In this document: positions 1-9,743 of the stretch, in pieces | Position numbering within the stretch: position 1 is the first letter of the stretch | Layout of the letters: every line of letters starts with the position of its first letter | From: Candidatus Poribacteria bacterium | Lineage (GTDB): Bacteria; Poribacteria; WGA-4E; PCPOR2b | Reading direction: 5' to 3' | DNA length: 64,000 nt | Assembly: GCA_965215015.1 (NCBI GenBank) | Contig: OZ244042.1 | Span: 1,184,001 to 1,248,000 of the forward strand | The notes under the pieces: model-generated | The model's database searches: none | Seen by the model: the letters and a program-made list of their open reading frames with translations, nothing else | What the model was told of the DNA's origin: nothing | Translations under genes and position numbers: made by a program

Positions 1-3000
1 GTGGAATTGAAACCAATATCGATATGGCATGTATATGTTGTGTTATTGACTTCTAATCGAACCAGTGTGGAATTGAAACCAGAATTGAACGGATTGCACA
101 GTGGTTTTTCATTATGCTTCTAATCGAACCAGTGTGGAATTGAAACCTTCAATGATCGCCCCTTCGGGTGACCTGAAGGTCTGCTTCTAATCGAACCAGT
201 GTGGAATTGAAACACATTCACGAGGACAGGGAGCTCCTTGTTCCTGAATCCTTCTAATCGAACCAGTGTGGAATTGAAACACGGTATCTTGATGACTCGC
301 TATCCGAGTCGAGTACTCTTCTAATCGAACCAGTGTGGAATTGAAACACGGCGTTAATCCGAGTTTACGCCGTTCCTCGTTGCTTCTAATCGAACCAGTG
401 TGGAATTGAAACAAAAAAGGGCGTCAGGGCTTTGAAAAAGGCCCTGACTTCTAATCGAACCAGTGTGGAATTGAAACTGAATCCAGACTCTTCGAGTTGC
501 CAGTTTAAAAGTGCCTTCTAATCGAACCAGTGTGGAATTGAAACCAAGTATCACGAAAAGGGCACGTCTCGTATGCCTGCACTTCTAATCGAACCAGTGT
601 GGAATTGAAACAGGTAGAATATGATACTCATGTCTAGTCTCCTTCTACTTTTAATCGAACCAGTGTGGAATTGAAACTCTGATTGAAACTCTTTGATCAT
701 ACCCGCTAGCCGCTTTTAATCGAACCAGTGTGGAATTGAAACAATCAAACGGATAATCTTGTCGACGACGACGTCGCTACTTTTAATCGAACCAGTGTGG
801 AATTGAAACTAGATGCCGCCGAGCGTGAAATAACGCCCGTTCCTCACTTTTAATCGAACCAGTGTGGAATTGAAACATTTCAGGGGTGTTGATTCTGGCA
901 AGCCTAATACTACTTTTAATCGAACCAGTGTGGAATTGAAACTACCTAACTTGCAGCGTCGCACCGATCTTGGTAGCTCTTTTAATCGAACCAGTGTGGA
1001 ATTGAAACGGGCGAGGGCGGTATCAGTCCGACCACCTGGAATGACTTTTAATCGAACCAGTGTGGAATTGAAACCAAAGGAGGTGTCAGCATGAAAGGGA
1101 CGGCAGTCTACTTTTAATCGAACCAGTGTGGAATTGAAACGGAGGTTGTATGTCCAGAGGTAATCCTCGTAGTCAGCTTTTAATCGAACCAGTGTGGAAT
1201 TGAAACACGGTAGGCAAGAGACGGGTTGGCTTGATCGCTGCGCTTTTAATCGAACCAGTGTGGAATTGAAACAAACTTGTTGACTTGAGAACGGGGTGGG
1301 CAAGATTCATCTTTTAATCGAACCAGTGTGGAATTGAAACGACTTTTTGTTACCACTTTTCCCTAGCTTCCCAACACTTTTAATCGAACCAGTGTGGAAT
1401 TGAAACTAGTATGGAAGAGTTTTGCACGCAATACAACAATAACTTTTAATCGAACCAGTGTGGAATTGAAACACATCGTATAAAACTTCATTACCGCGTC
1501 TTCAAATTTTCTTTTAATCGAACCAGTGTGGAATTGAAACTTGTTATCTCCTCTTGGAATGTAGCCTGTATCTTCTACTTTTAATCGAACCAGTGTGGAA
1601 TTGAAACTGTATTAAATCCTTGTAAGACATATATTCTCCTATCTTTTAATCGAACCAGTGTGGAATTGAAACGAGAGATTATCCACCAATTGCCGCGTAG
1701 AAGATACCTTTTAATCGAACCAGTGTGGAATTGAAACGATAAACTCAACGGTCATTTGCTGGTTCTCAACAGTCTTTTAATCGAACCAGTGTGGAATTGA
1801 AACGTTTCTTCCTTACCGCCCCGCTCGACCGCCTAAACCCTTTTAATCGAACCAGTGTGGAATTGAAACTGTTTCATCTAGGAAGTTGATGGTTTTCGTG
1901 TCAGACTTTTAATCGAACCAGTGTGGAATTGAAACTAGTGTCCAGAACTGCAATATGGAAACTCAACATCGGCTTTTAATCGAACCAGGGTGGAATTGAA
2001 ACCGGATGCGGGTCAATCGACCGTCCGCAGCCGTGGCACTTTTAATCGAACCAGTGTGGAATTGAAACGGTGCATGCCTTGGTAGAAGATTCGGCCACTG
2101 GTTCCTTTTAATCGAACCAGTGTGGAATTGAAACTGTTCATTATTGTGTCTCCATCATAGACCTGTGTGTCTTTTAATCGAACCAGTGTGGAATTGAAAC
2201 ATTGAACGGTGCACCGCGTTTAGAGACGGGAAGGAACTTTTAATCGAACCAGTGTGGAATTGAAACAATCAAGCGTAAACCGAAAAGGCGACGGAAGCTT
2301 TGACTTTTAATCGAACCAGTGTGGAATTGAAACACCTTCACTCCAGGTTGTAAGGGATTTATTACCCTTGCTTTTAATCGAACCAGTGTGGAATTGAAAC
2401 GGGTGGAGTGTGATGTGAAGGTTGGTTATCGTTGGTACTTTTAATCGAACCAGTGTGGAATTGAAACCTGTTCGGTTAGAATCTTTCAGCAAGACCTGAC
2501 TTACTTTTAATCGAACCAGTGTGGAATTGAAACCATCGCTGCAATCTGAAAGCGATCGATTTGTTGCCTCCTTTTAATCGAACCAGTGTGGAATTGAAAC
2601 ATGGCGAGCGATTCGTGAGTGCGATGATACTGCCCGCTTTTAATCGAACCAGTGTGGAATTGAAACACACTTCTTGCTTGACTTATTCAATTCATCGATG
2701 AGCTTTTAATCGAACCAGTGTGGAATTGAAACGGGCGAGCTCCTGCTCTTCATGAGAGTGCGACTCCCACTTTTAATCGAACCAGTGTGGAATTGAAACT
2801 GCAACTCCTCCAACCTATCCGCTTCATATTCTGCCCTTTTAATCGAACCAGTGTGGAATTGAAACAGGGAAATCGTAGAAAACCGAAGGTATCTTGACCG
2901 ACTTTTAATCGAACCAGTGTGGAATTGAAACCCAGCTATCTTGATCTCTTCACGCTTGGCAAGTAAACTTTTAATCGAACCAGTGTGGAATTGAAACAAA

Positions 3001-3329
3001 CTTAGATGTCCGTAAGCAACGGGACCCACCAGTGCTTTTAATCGAACCAGTGTGGAATTGAAACTTGCTTGTTTATACATCTCATCGTTGGTGAGTCGTA
3101 CTTTTAATCGAACCAGTGTGGAATTGAAACTTTACTGTACAAAAAAAAGGGACGAGATAGCGTGGTCTTCTAATCGAACCAGTGTGGAATTGAAACCCGA
3201 AGTCGTCGATCAGGATGTCGTCCTCGTTCACTCTTCTAATCGAACCAGTGTGGAATTGAAACGGGTGTGGGAGGAACATGATTGGAATATCATAGACTGC
3301 TTTTAATCGAACCAGTGTGGAATTAAAAC
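1..3329 (+). CRISPR. CRISPR array, trailer part; 30-bp repeat CTT(T/C)TAATCGAACCAGTGTGGAATTGAAAC; 50 full + 1 partial repeats, 50 spacers of about 35-38 bp
   Basis: Repeat recurs every ~66 bp from 50 to 3300. It ends in ATTGAAAC (typical of type I-B/III). The last copy (3300-3329) is degenerate (ATTAAAAC) and precedes a terminator, giving + orientation. The array continues off the left edge. Confidence 0.99.
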
Positions 3330-3371
3330 AAAAAGAGCCGATGGAACGGGAGAGTTCCATCGGCTCTTTTT
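3330..3371. terminator. Bidirectional intrinsic terminator between the array and the CARF-RelE gene
   Basis: Perfect 18-bp inverted repeat AAAAAGAGCCGATGGAAC-gggaga-GTTCCATCGGCTCTTTTT with a U-tract on both strands. Confidence 0.9.
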
Positions 3372-3411
3372 ATTGTACGCTATAGGATAGTTTTAGATAG
3401 TTTCCTCAATA

Positions 3412-4557
3412 CTACGGATTTTTGTACACGTAGTCATGACCCCCATAATGCCGCAGGATTAATCCACCTTCTTCAGCAACCGTGCAACTGACACGGCTAG
3501 CTTGGGTAATACGGAACGTGTGGATACCAGCTTTTCCTTCTGCCCCCTGAAGCTTTTCATAATTCAGGGCACCTCCTGTAAGACCGCTAGTATGCCCCCC
3601 ATCTTTTTCAAGGATATATGCAACCTTTGCTAAAGTTTCTTGCAGTTTGAGACGTGCCTTGGGGGCTTTCTCACGGTTGAAGTCACTACGGAAACTTACC
3701 GCGTACTCCAATCGTGGGAACAGCAATAGCTCTTCTCCCAACAAATCCACTTTGGCTCGGTTCCAAATCAAGGTTCCCCACGCCGATAGTCCTGTATCCG
3801 TTTCGTCATCGCCTTCCTCCAGAAATTCAAGCAGCGTCTCTGGGATGCCGTCAAGCTCTCGACGCGGATACAATTTTCCAGCAGCCATCAACGCAAATTC
3901 CGTCCGATATTCCTGAATTACAGTGGTATCAATCTGAATTGGCAGGCGCGGAATCGTGATTAAGCCCGCAGCTTCCGCCTCAAAGATGTAGATTACCTCA
4001 TCGGCGTAGAACGCGCCGAAAGTATGCATGTAGCCTTGCAGGCTTTTGAATCCGCCGACAAGGTTGAAAATCACACGATAGCCACTGTTCCGTCGCCACG
4101 GTACGTTCTCCTCCAGCCACCGAATGAGTGCCTTTGTCCCTGCGGTGAAAGCAGCAGTATCTTGTGTCGAAAGCCCTTCAGGGGTGTAGATGCCTACGCT
4201 AAACCCCTGCGCCTTAAGAAAGTCCTTAATCAGTTCGCCCGTTCTTTGTCCCTGTGCGGTATCGGTGCAGATGAGATAGTGTTGATCGAGACTGTTTTGC
4301 GGCAGTCTACCATTGTATATGCCATAGATGCCGTTCAGTTCGGCACTGATTCGACGGTTGGGTTGCGGGTCATCTTGCAGGAGTTTATCGAGTGCCCGAT
4401 CAGCAAGTGTATCAATCACCGCTTCCGCCTCCGAATCCAATTCATCCCTTTTGCGGTTTGCTGAATCGCGCAGCAGTTCCCTCCATTCACTGGGATCATC
4501 CTCACGGATTTGGTTGTTCAGGCTGCTCGTCCCGACGGTCGATAAAATGAAACGCAT
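3412..4557 (-). CDS. cami1: CRISPR-associated CARF (APE2256/Crn1-like)-wHTH-RelE effector, Cami1-like mRNA interferase, 381 aa
   Basis: N-terminal STVGTS and NLVGGFKS CARF motifs; C-terminal RelE-like segment (YEKLQG..IHTFRITQASRVSC..LRHYGGHD); GGAGG RBS before the ATG at 4557; adjacent to the array. Confidence 0.82.
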   Translation of the reverse strand: MRFILSTVGTSSLNNQIREDDPSEWRELLRDSANRKRDELDSEAEAVIDTLADRALDKLLQDDPQPNRRISAELNGIYGIYNGRLPQNSLDQHYLICTDTAQGQRTGELIKDFLKAQGFSVGIYTPEGLSTQDTAAFTAGTKALIRWLEENVPWRRNSGYRVIFNLVGGFKSLQGYMHTFGAFYADEVIYIFEAEAAGLITIPRLPIQIDTTVIQEYRTEFALMAAGKLYPRRELDGIPETLLEFLEEGDDETDTGLSAWGTLIWNRAKVDLLGEELLLFPRLEYAVSFRSDFNREKAPKARLKLQETLAKVAYILEKDGGHTSGLTGGALNYEKLQGAEGKAGIHTFRITQASRVSCTVAEEGGLILRHYGGHDYVYKNP

Positions 4558-4639
4558 GGTCGGACCTCCAAATGTTTGAGGGGTGTGCATAATTCGAGAC
4601 ACATGATAGCGGAATTCGAGCGAGGGTGCCCGGGTCAAT

Positions 4640-4688
4640 CTAGGGGCTTGGTTTCCAAGCCCAACGGGTTGGGAGCTCCACCCCTACG
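4640..4688 (+). repeat. GTAG-type REP-like palindromic repeat (related copy at 63344-63393)
   Basis: TAGGGGCTTGGTTTCCAAGCCCAACGGGTTGGGAGCTCCACCCCTACG shares TTTCCAAGCCCAAC(G/A)GGTTGGG...CCC(C/T)TACG with the 63344 copy. Confidence 0.65.
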
Positions 4689-4823
4689 CATGGAGGGGTG
4701 TTGAGAAGTATACATGTCAAAACCTATTTATGAGCACCCCTCAATTATTTAAAATATATTCAGAAAATAAATTTAAGAGACAACAACTGTATGTTTGACC
4801 TGCTGAGGTTATAACAGCAATGA

Positions 4824-6188
4824 TTAACGCTCCTGAAACCGAAACGCAAATAGATCCACGTCCTTGAGGGCGAAACGTAACCGCACCGGCTGACCTGCCA
4901 GCGAGCGCGCATCTGCCCCTCCCTCCCACTTCACCACACCGTCAATCTCGTCACCGAATATCTCGGGGCAATCATCCAGTGTGAAGCCCGGCTGCGGATG
5001 CCCTTCCGTATCTTGAATCTCAACCCGAACAAATCCCACCGCCGAGGTCGAAAAGTTCAATCTTAGTGCCTCGCCTGTGAAAACCAACGGGCGGGTCGTG
5101 AACTCACCGCCGGCGTAGCCTGCGCGGACCGACACGAACCCGTCGGTTCGGATCGAGAATCGACGAATATGAACGGTCGGCAGCCGCCAGTTTGCCATAC
5201 TGTAGAGCGAGAGTTCTTCAGGCGAGGTTTGTAGGATACCCCGCTCCATGTAAATCCCACGCTCATGCCAGTTGCCCCCATCGAGGCCGGGACGGATAAA
5301 AGCCTCCATGAAGCTGCGATCGAAGTGGAGCCCATCGCGGCTGGACATAAGCACAATGTCATTTACGCCTGGACCGTATTCCCAATTCGGGATCGGCTCG
5401 CGTTCTGGCACAAAGCGCGCAGGAAACATCAGGTACATCCCCGGCGCTCGCTCGTAGGATACACAGGCGTTAGTGTAGAGATGTTCAAAGGGAGTCTCGC
5501 CGGCGTCAATCGGTTCGAGCGGTGTCCAACGGCGAAAGTCTTTAGACGTTGTGCGACGAATCCAGCGCACTCCATTTTTAAAGTTGCCCCTACCTGCCAC
5601 CCCCCGCGTGTAGGCAACATATTCCTCCCGTTCCGTGTCCCAAAAGGCGATATTGTGCGAATCAAAGGGTCGATCGGTCAGGATTGGTGAGTCCTGCATC
5701 AGTTGCCAACGGAGCCCGTCCGGCGAGACCAACGCGAGTATATCGCTGGTACGCACGATGGCTTTGTACCGTTCTTCGTCCGACACGTCGGGGTTCAAAT
5801 CGAGAAACGGTGACATATTGTTGCCCGGTCCCGTCCAAACAAGGTTATTATCCTTTGAGCCTTGAAATTCAATCAATCCGAGTCGTGGCTTCTCCCAGTG
5901 AATTCCGTCCGTGCTTTCAGCGTAGGCGATGAGCGGCTGACGCTCACCCCGGATTGGCATCTCCTGATCGCAGCGATACCACGCGCGGAAGCGATCGCCG
6001 TCACGGAAGGTCACCATGTAAGAAACACCGCCCCGTTCCCACGGTTGTTCAGGGGCAATTACAATCTCACGACGCCCCGGCTCATGCAACCGCCGCGTGA
6101 CATCTTTCGCCTCAGTGATCCAGAAATCGTCCACAAATAATTGACGGTCTGTGCCGATGTGGATACTGTCATTATCGTGTGGTGCCAT
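4824..6188 (-). CDS. Beta-propeller glycoside hydrolase-like protein (GH32/43-like fold)
   Basis: QLFVDD, YAESTDGIHWEKP, SPDGLRW, SRDGLHF and RTDGFVS motifs; ATG at 6188 with a GAGG RBS. Confidence 0.7.
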   Translation of the reverse strand: MAPHDNDSIHIGTDRQLFVDDFWITEAKDVTRRLHEPGRREIVIAPEQPWERGGVSYMVTFRDGDRFRAWYRCDQEMPIRGERQPLIAYAESTDGIHWEKPRLGLIEFQGSKDNNLVWTGPGNNMSPFLDLNPDVSDEERYKAIVRTSDILALVSPDGLRWQLMQDSPILTDRPFDSHNIAFWDTEREEYVAYTRGVAGRGNFKNGVRWIRRTTSKDFRRWTPLEPIDAGETPFEHLYTNACVSYERAPGMYLMFPARFVPEREPIPNWEYGPGVNDIVLMSSRDGLHFDRSFMEAFIRPGLDGGNWHERGIYMERGILQTSPEELSLYSMANWRLPTVHIRRFSIRTDGFVSVRAGYAGGEFTTRPLVFTGEALRLNFSTSAVGFVRVEIQDTEGHPQPGFTLDDCPEIFGDEIDGVVKWEGGADARSLAGQPVRLRFALKDVDLFAFRFQER

Positions 6189-6240
6189 TTTAGCCTCTAT
6201 AAATTGATGGTTATGACTCCTGCTTTCTGCTATAATTATA

Positions 6241-6450
6241 GTAGTAGACATCCTCCGTATGCCGTTCCCCCTTCCCCGTTAAGGCCCCCCCCGCAAGGAG
6301 GGACGCAACCCGGTGGGGTGCCCGTCAATTCCTGGCTCATCGAGTCTGTCTCCCCCTGCTTGCGGGGGGATTAAGGGGGGTGCCTTTGTCCCCCCGCAAG
6401 TAGGGGAAGAGTACCGTGTGGGTATTCGGGATTAGAGGGGGGTGACGGCA
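6241..6450. repeat. Composite GC-rich palindromic element (REPIN/MITE-like); related copy at 34943-35090
   Basis: CCGTATGCCG left arm, CCCCC(T)GCTTGCGGGGG hairpins and a GGGGAAGAG.ACCG.GTGGGTATTCGGGATT.GAGGGGG..ACGGC right part, all shared with the 34943 copy. Confidence 0.7.
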
Positions 6451-6471
6451 CCTATTACTTTGAGGAATATC

Positions 6472-7929
6472 ATGTCCCAATCGCGTCCCAATATTATCCT
6501 GATAATGTGCGATCAGATGCGCTGGGATGCCGCTGGCTTCGCAGGGAGTTCAATTGTCCAGACGCCGCATCTAGATCACTTGGCTCAAAGCGGGATCTGC
6601 TTTGAAAATGCCTACTGTGCCTCCCCAGTCTGTTCACCCGCCCGCGCCAGTTGGCTGACGGGACTCTACCCCCACGCCCATCTGCAACTGAAAAATTACG
6701 GTCCCGGCTCAATTGGCAAATGGGGTAGCTACCTGCCCCCTGACCGCGTGACCATCGGCGATGTCCTCAAATCCGCCGGATATCGCTGCGGCATGGTCGG
6801 ACCGTGGCATCTTGGGAACGATCACCTTCCCCAGCATGGATTCGACGATTTCTGGTGCGCCTATCGCTATCTCGGCAAAGACTACCCCGATCCGCTCTTT
6901 GATTCTTTTGATCGCGCGAGAGTTCCCAATCTCTACCTCAAAGACGCCGAAGGGATGACACAGTACGGAAACACGCTGGAGTTTGGGGTAATCACTGACC
7001 CCCGACAGCAGCGCACCACCTGGACGATAGATCGATCCCTTGAATTTATCCGGCAGCCGCACGATGCCCCCTTCTTCCTGTTCGTAAGTGTCAAGGACCC
7101 GCACCCGCGCGTCTTGGTCCCACCTGAACTGCTTGAACTTTATCCAGAAGACCAGATACCGCTACCCACTTCGTTTCGGGATACCCTCAGGGGCAAGCCC
7201 GCTTTCCAAGCGCGTGCAAAGTTTCGCATCCCCCCAACCGTGACCGATGATCAATTTCGTCGGGTAATCGCGTACTATTACGCCCTAATCACGCATATTG
7301 ACGCACAGGTTGACCGTCTACTCCGTGCCCTTGAGATACAAGGCATCACTCAGAATACAATTGTAGCCTTTATCAGCGATCACGGTGAGATGCTCGGCGA
7401 CCACGGTTTCACGGAGAAGTGTCTCATGTATGAGGCGTCGGTGCGTGTGCCGTGTCTACTCTCTTGGGACGGAACCTTACCTGCGAACACACGGGTGAAA
7501 ACACCCTTGGCTGGCGTTGACCTAATGCCGACCCTTCTTGAGCTAGCAGGAGAGGAACCACCACCGATTGATGGACGCTCTGTCGCCGCGGCAATTCTCG
7601 CGGGCAGAGAACCCATCCCACAGCCAATCTTTGCCGAGATTGCCAGCAATGAAGCGATTTATCGCGGTGCACAAGATCTGGAACAGTTAGCTGCTCACGT
7701 GATGGTCCACGATGGACGGTGGAAATATATCCGTAACCGCTTTGATCTTGATGAGTTGTATGATTTGGAGACAGATGCAGACGAAATGCGAAACCTCGCT
7801 GTCCAGTCCGAACATCGTGAACGGATAGATTCGATGCGCCGTCAAATCGCTGAGATGGTGCGCCATACCGGTCCCGGCCCTTACGACTGGTGTTTATCTG
7901 ATGGCGACGGGACGGCTGCAGCTCAATAG
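6472..7929 (+). CDS. Sulfatase (formylglycine-dependent, Cys type)
   Basis: RPNIILIMCDQ, CSPARAS signature, SDHGEMLGDHG, ELYDL motifs. Confidence 0.95.
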   Translation: MSQSRPNIILIMCDQMRWDAAGFAGSSIVQTPHLDHLAQSGICFENAYCASPVCSPARASWLTGLYPHAHLQLKNYGPGSIGKWGSYLPPDRVTIGDVLKSAGYRCGMVGPWHLGNDHLPQHGFDDFWCAYRYLGKDYPDPLFDSFDRARVPNLYLKDAEGMTQYGNTLEFGVITDPRQQRTTWTIDRSLEFIRQPHDAPFFLFVSVKDPHPRVLVPPELLELYPEDQIPLPTSFRDTLRGKPAFQARAKFRIPPTVTDDQFRRVIAYYYALITHIDAQVDRLLRALEIQGITQNTIVAFISDHGEMLGDHGFTEKCLMYEASVRVPCLLSWDGTLPANTRVKTPLAGVDLMPTLLELAGEEPPPIDGRSVAAAILAGREPIPQPIFAEIASNEAIYRGAQDLEQLAAHVMVHDGRWKYIRNRFDLDELYDLETDADEMRNLAVQSEHRERIDSMRRQIAEMVRHTGPGPYDWCLSDGDGTAAAQ

Positions 7930-8735
7930 ACGGCAACTTCGCAAAATTCAAAAAGCTTCCGTGCTCGCTCTGACAATCCCTCGTACGTCTCCGGCGGCAC
8001 TTTCATCGCATGACCGATGCTAATCCACGCCAGTCCGTAGCAGACCACAATTTCGGGGCGCGGTCCATTGGAGGTGTTGGGGGTGCCACGATGCAGGGTG
8101 CGAACATCCTGTATCCACATCGTGCCTTTTTTCATGTTGAGTCGACGGGCGGACGGAAAATTGCCTTGCGTCAGCACTTCATCGTAACGTCCCTCTAGGT
8201 CGGGATTGGCGATGTACTGCGTTGATGGCAACACCTCGATGCTACCATTCTCCTCTGAAGTATCCACAAGCGGAAACTTGATGCCCAATATCGGACAGGT
8301 ATCTAGCCCGACATGTGGAATCTCGCGTGCCAGTCCGGTGTCTCGGTGCCAACGCTGAAACTCGCTTCCCGGATAAGGGTTATTCGAGTGGAAACACTTG
8401 ATGTAGAAGTCGTCCTTGCCCCAATAACGCTTGAGGAACTCCAGAATGACCGGATTCTCGTACACCTCCGGATCGGCGAACGGCGGCACCCACGGAAGGG
8501 TCAGCGTGTAGCGGTTGATGACCTGTTGGCGACCAAAGCCTGTGCGCAAGTTGCCCCATTCTTTCTCGGCGAAGTCGGTTTCGCGCGTCCTGACATGTTC
8601 CAGCATCGGTATGAACGCCTCTCGGATGCGATCTACGATCTCGACAGACAACACATCCTCAATCACCGCATAGCCGTTGATCCTGAACTCGGCTATCTTT
8701 AGATCGAAATCTATGTCTTCACATCGTGCAGTCAT
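7923..8735 (-). CDS. Phytanoyl-CoA dioxygenase (PhyH) family 2OG/Fe(II) oxygenase
   Basis: WHRD iron-binding motif, ENGSIEVLP, LHRGTPN..R. Confidence 0.88.
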   Translation of the reverse strand: MTARCEDIDFDLKIAEFRINGYAVIEDVLSVEIVDRIREAFIPMLEHVRTRETDFAEKEWGNLRTGFGRQQVINRYTLTLPWVPPFADPEVYENPVILEFLKRYWGKDDFYIKCFHSNNPYPGSEFQRWHRDTGLAREIPHVGLDTCPILGIKFPLVDTSEENGSIEVLPSTQYIANPDLEGRYDEVLTQGNFPSARRLNMKKGTMWIQDVRTLHRGTPNTSNGPRPEIVVCYGLAWISIGHAMKVPPETYEGLSERARKLFEFCEVAVY

Positions 8736-9086
8736 GGATCCTCCGTTGATAGTAGTAGGGATACGCCGTATGCCGTAACCTCTGTTTGCTTACATCCCCA
8801 GCGAGACGACAGTATCGTAGGTTGGGTTGAACGGTTGAAAGTGCCTATCTACCAAAGAGAGTCGAGCTTTTCTCTCAACGCCACATTCTCACAGACAGCG
8901 AGAGTGAAACCCAACACTCACGAATTTAATTGTATCATAGGACGTTCCGGCGCGTCCAGAAAAATAGGGGAGAGCGGATCTGCGTTTCTGTGTGTCGATT
9001 TTCTGGATTTGTGCTATTATAATTATATTAGATATTCCGATTCGGGGTGGGAGATAGACATAACCTAAAAAAAGGGGAAAGAGGTT

Positions 9087-9295
9087 ATGCGACACGAAAA
9101 ATGGAAATGTCCCAAATGCGACAATGATGAGTTCGAGACAGATATTTTCCAAGCACAGGTGGTACGCTTGCCAAGCTGTTTGATGTCCAAAACCGGAAGT
9201 TTACGACTGTTTCATGTATGCAATGCCAATACACCGAAGTCTACAAAGCAGAAACCTCACGCCTAAGTAACATCTTCGATTTCTTTACCAGTTAG
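9087..9295 (+). pseudogene. Small Zn-ribbon protein (DUF2082/PF09855-like) with a 1-bp frameshift near 9154
   Basis: MRHEKWKCPKCDNDEFETDIFQA in frame 1 continues as TGGTLAKLFDVQNRKFTTVSCMQCQYTEVYKAETSRLSNIFDFFTS* in another frame; GAGG RBS. Confidence 0.8.
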
Positions 9296-9314
9296 CATTG
9301 GGAGGTAGTTTCTG

Positions 9315-9716
9315 ATGAGAGGATTCACCGACGCTGAAAAACAGCAACTGCAAGCGAAAATTAAAGATGAGCGAGAACGGCAACGGGTGCTTAGGGAAAT
9401 CGTCCAAATCGAAAACGAAAAGGAATCAAAAAGGATGCGGGGTGTCATTTCAACAGCCTTAAGCTTTAAGTACGGTTTCCTAGTGCTTATTATTTGCCTG
9501 CTTGTCTGGGACGTGGGTTCCCTACTGAAGTGGCGGCATTTTGATTACGGTCAATACCCCGGCCTCATGATCGGGTTGACGCTACTATTTAATCACGTTG
9601 CGCTTCATTTCACAAAAAGAGGTTGGCCCAGTCGCGTAATGAAAACGATTGCGTGGATTTGGACAGTGTTTGTATGTATTTACCTGTTTTGGTTCTTTAA
9701 GACCGGGACCGCCTGA
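9315..9716 (+). CDS. Hypothetical membrane protein (N-terminal coiled coil, 3 TM segments)
   Basis: GGAGG RBS; charged helical N-terminus followed by three hydrophobic segments. Confidence 0.75.
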   Translation: MRGFTDAEKQQLQAKIKDERERQRVLREIVQIENEKESKRMRGVISTALSFKYGFLVLIICLLVWDVGSLLKWRHFDYGQYPGLMIGLTLLFNHVALHFTKRGWPSRVMKTIAWIWTVFVCIYLFWFFKTGTA

Positions 9717-9743
9717 CATATCAGCGACGAGGACTGAGAAAAC

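Noticed and set aside
1-3329. Self-targeting spacers within the window
   Set aside because: None noticed by eye; an exhaustive alignment was not possible, so no claim is made
187-3360. ORFs with repeating FNSTLVRL / FQFHTGSI peptides
   Set aside because: Translations of the CRISPR repeats, not genes
4558-4638. 27-aa N-terminal extension of the CARF-RelE ORF
   Set aside because: The GGAGG RBS and the CARF motif point to the ATG at 4557; the extension runs up to a REP element
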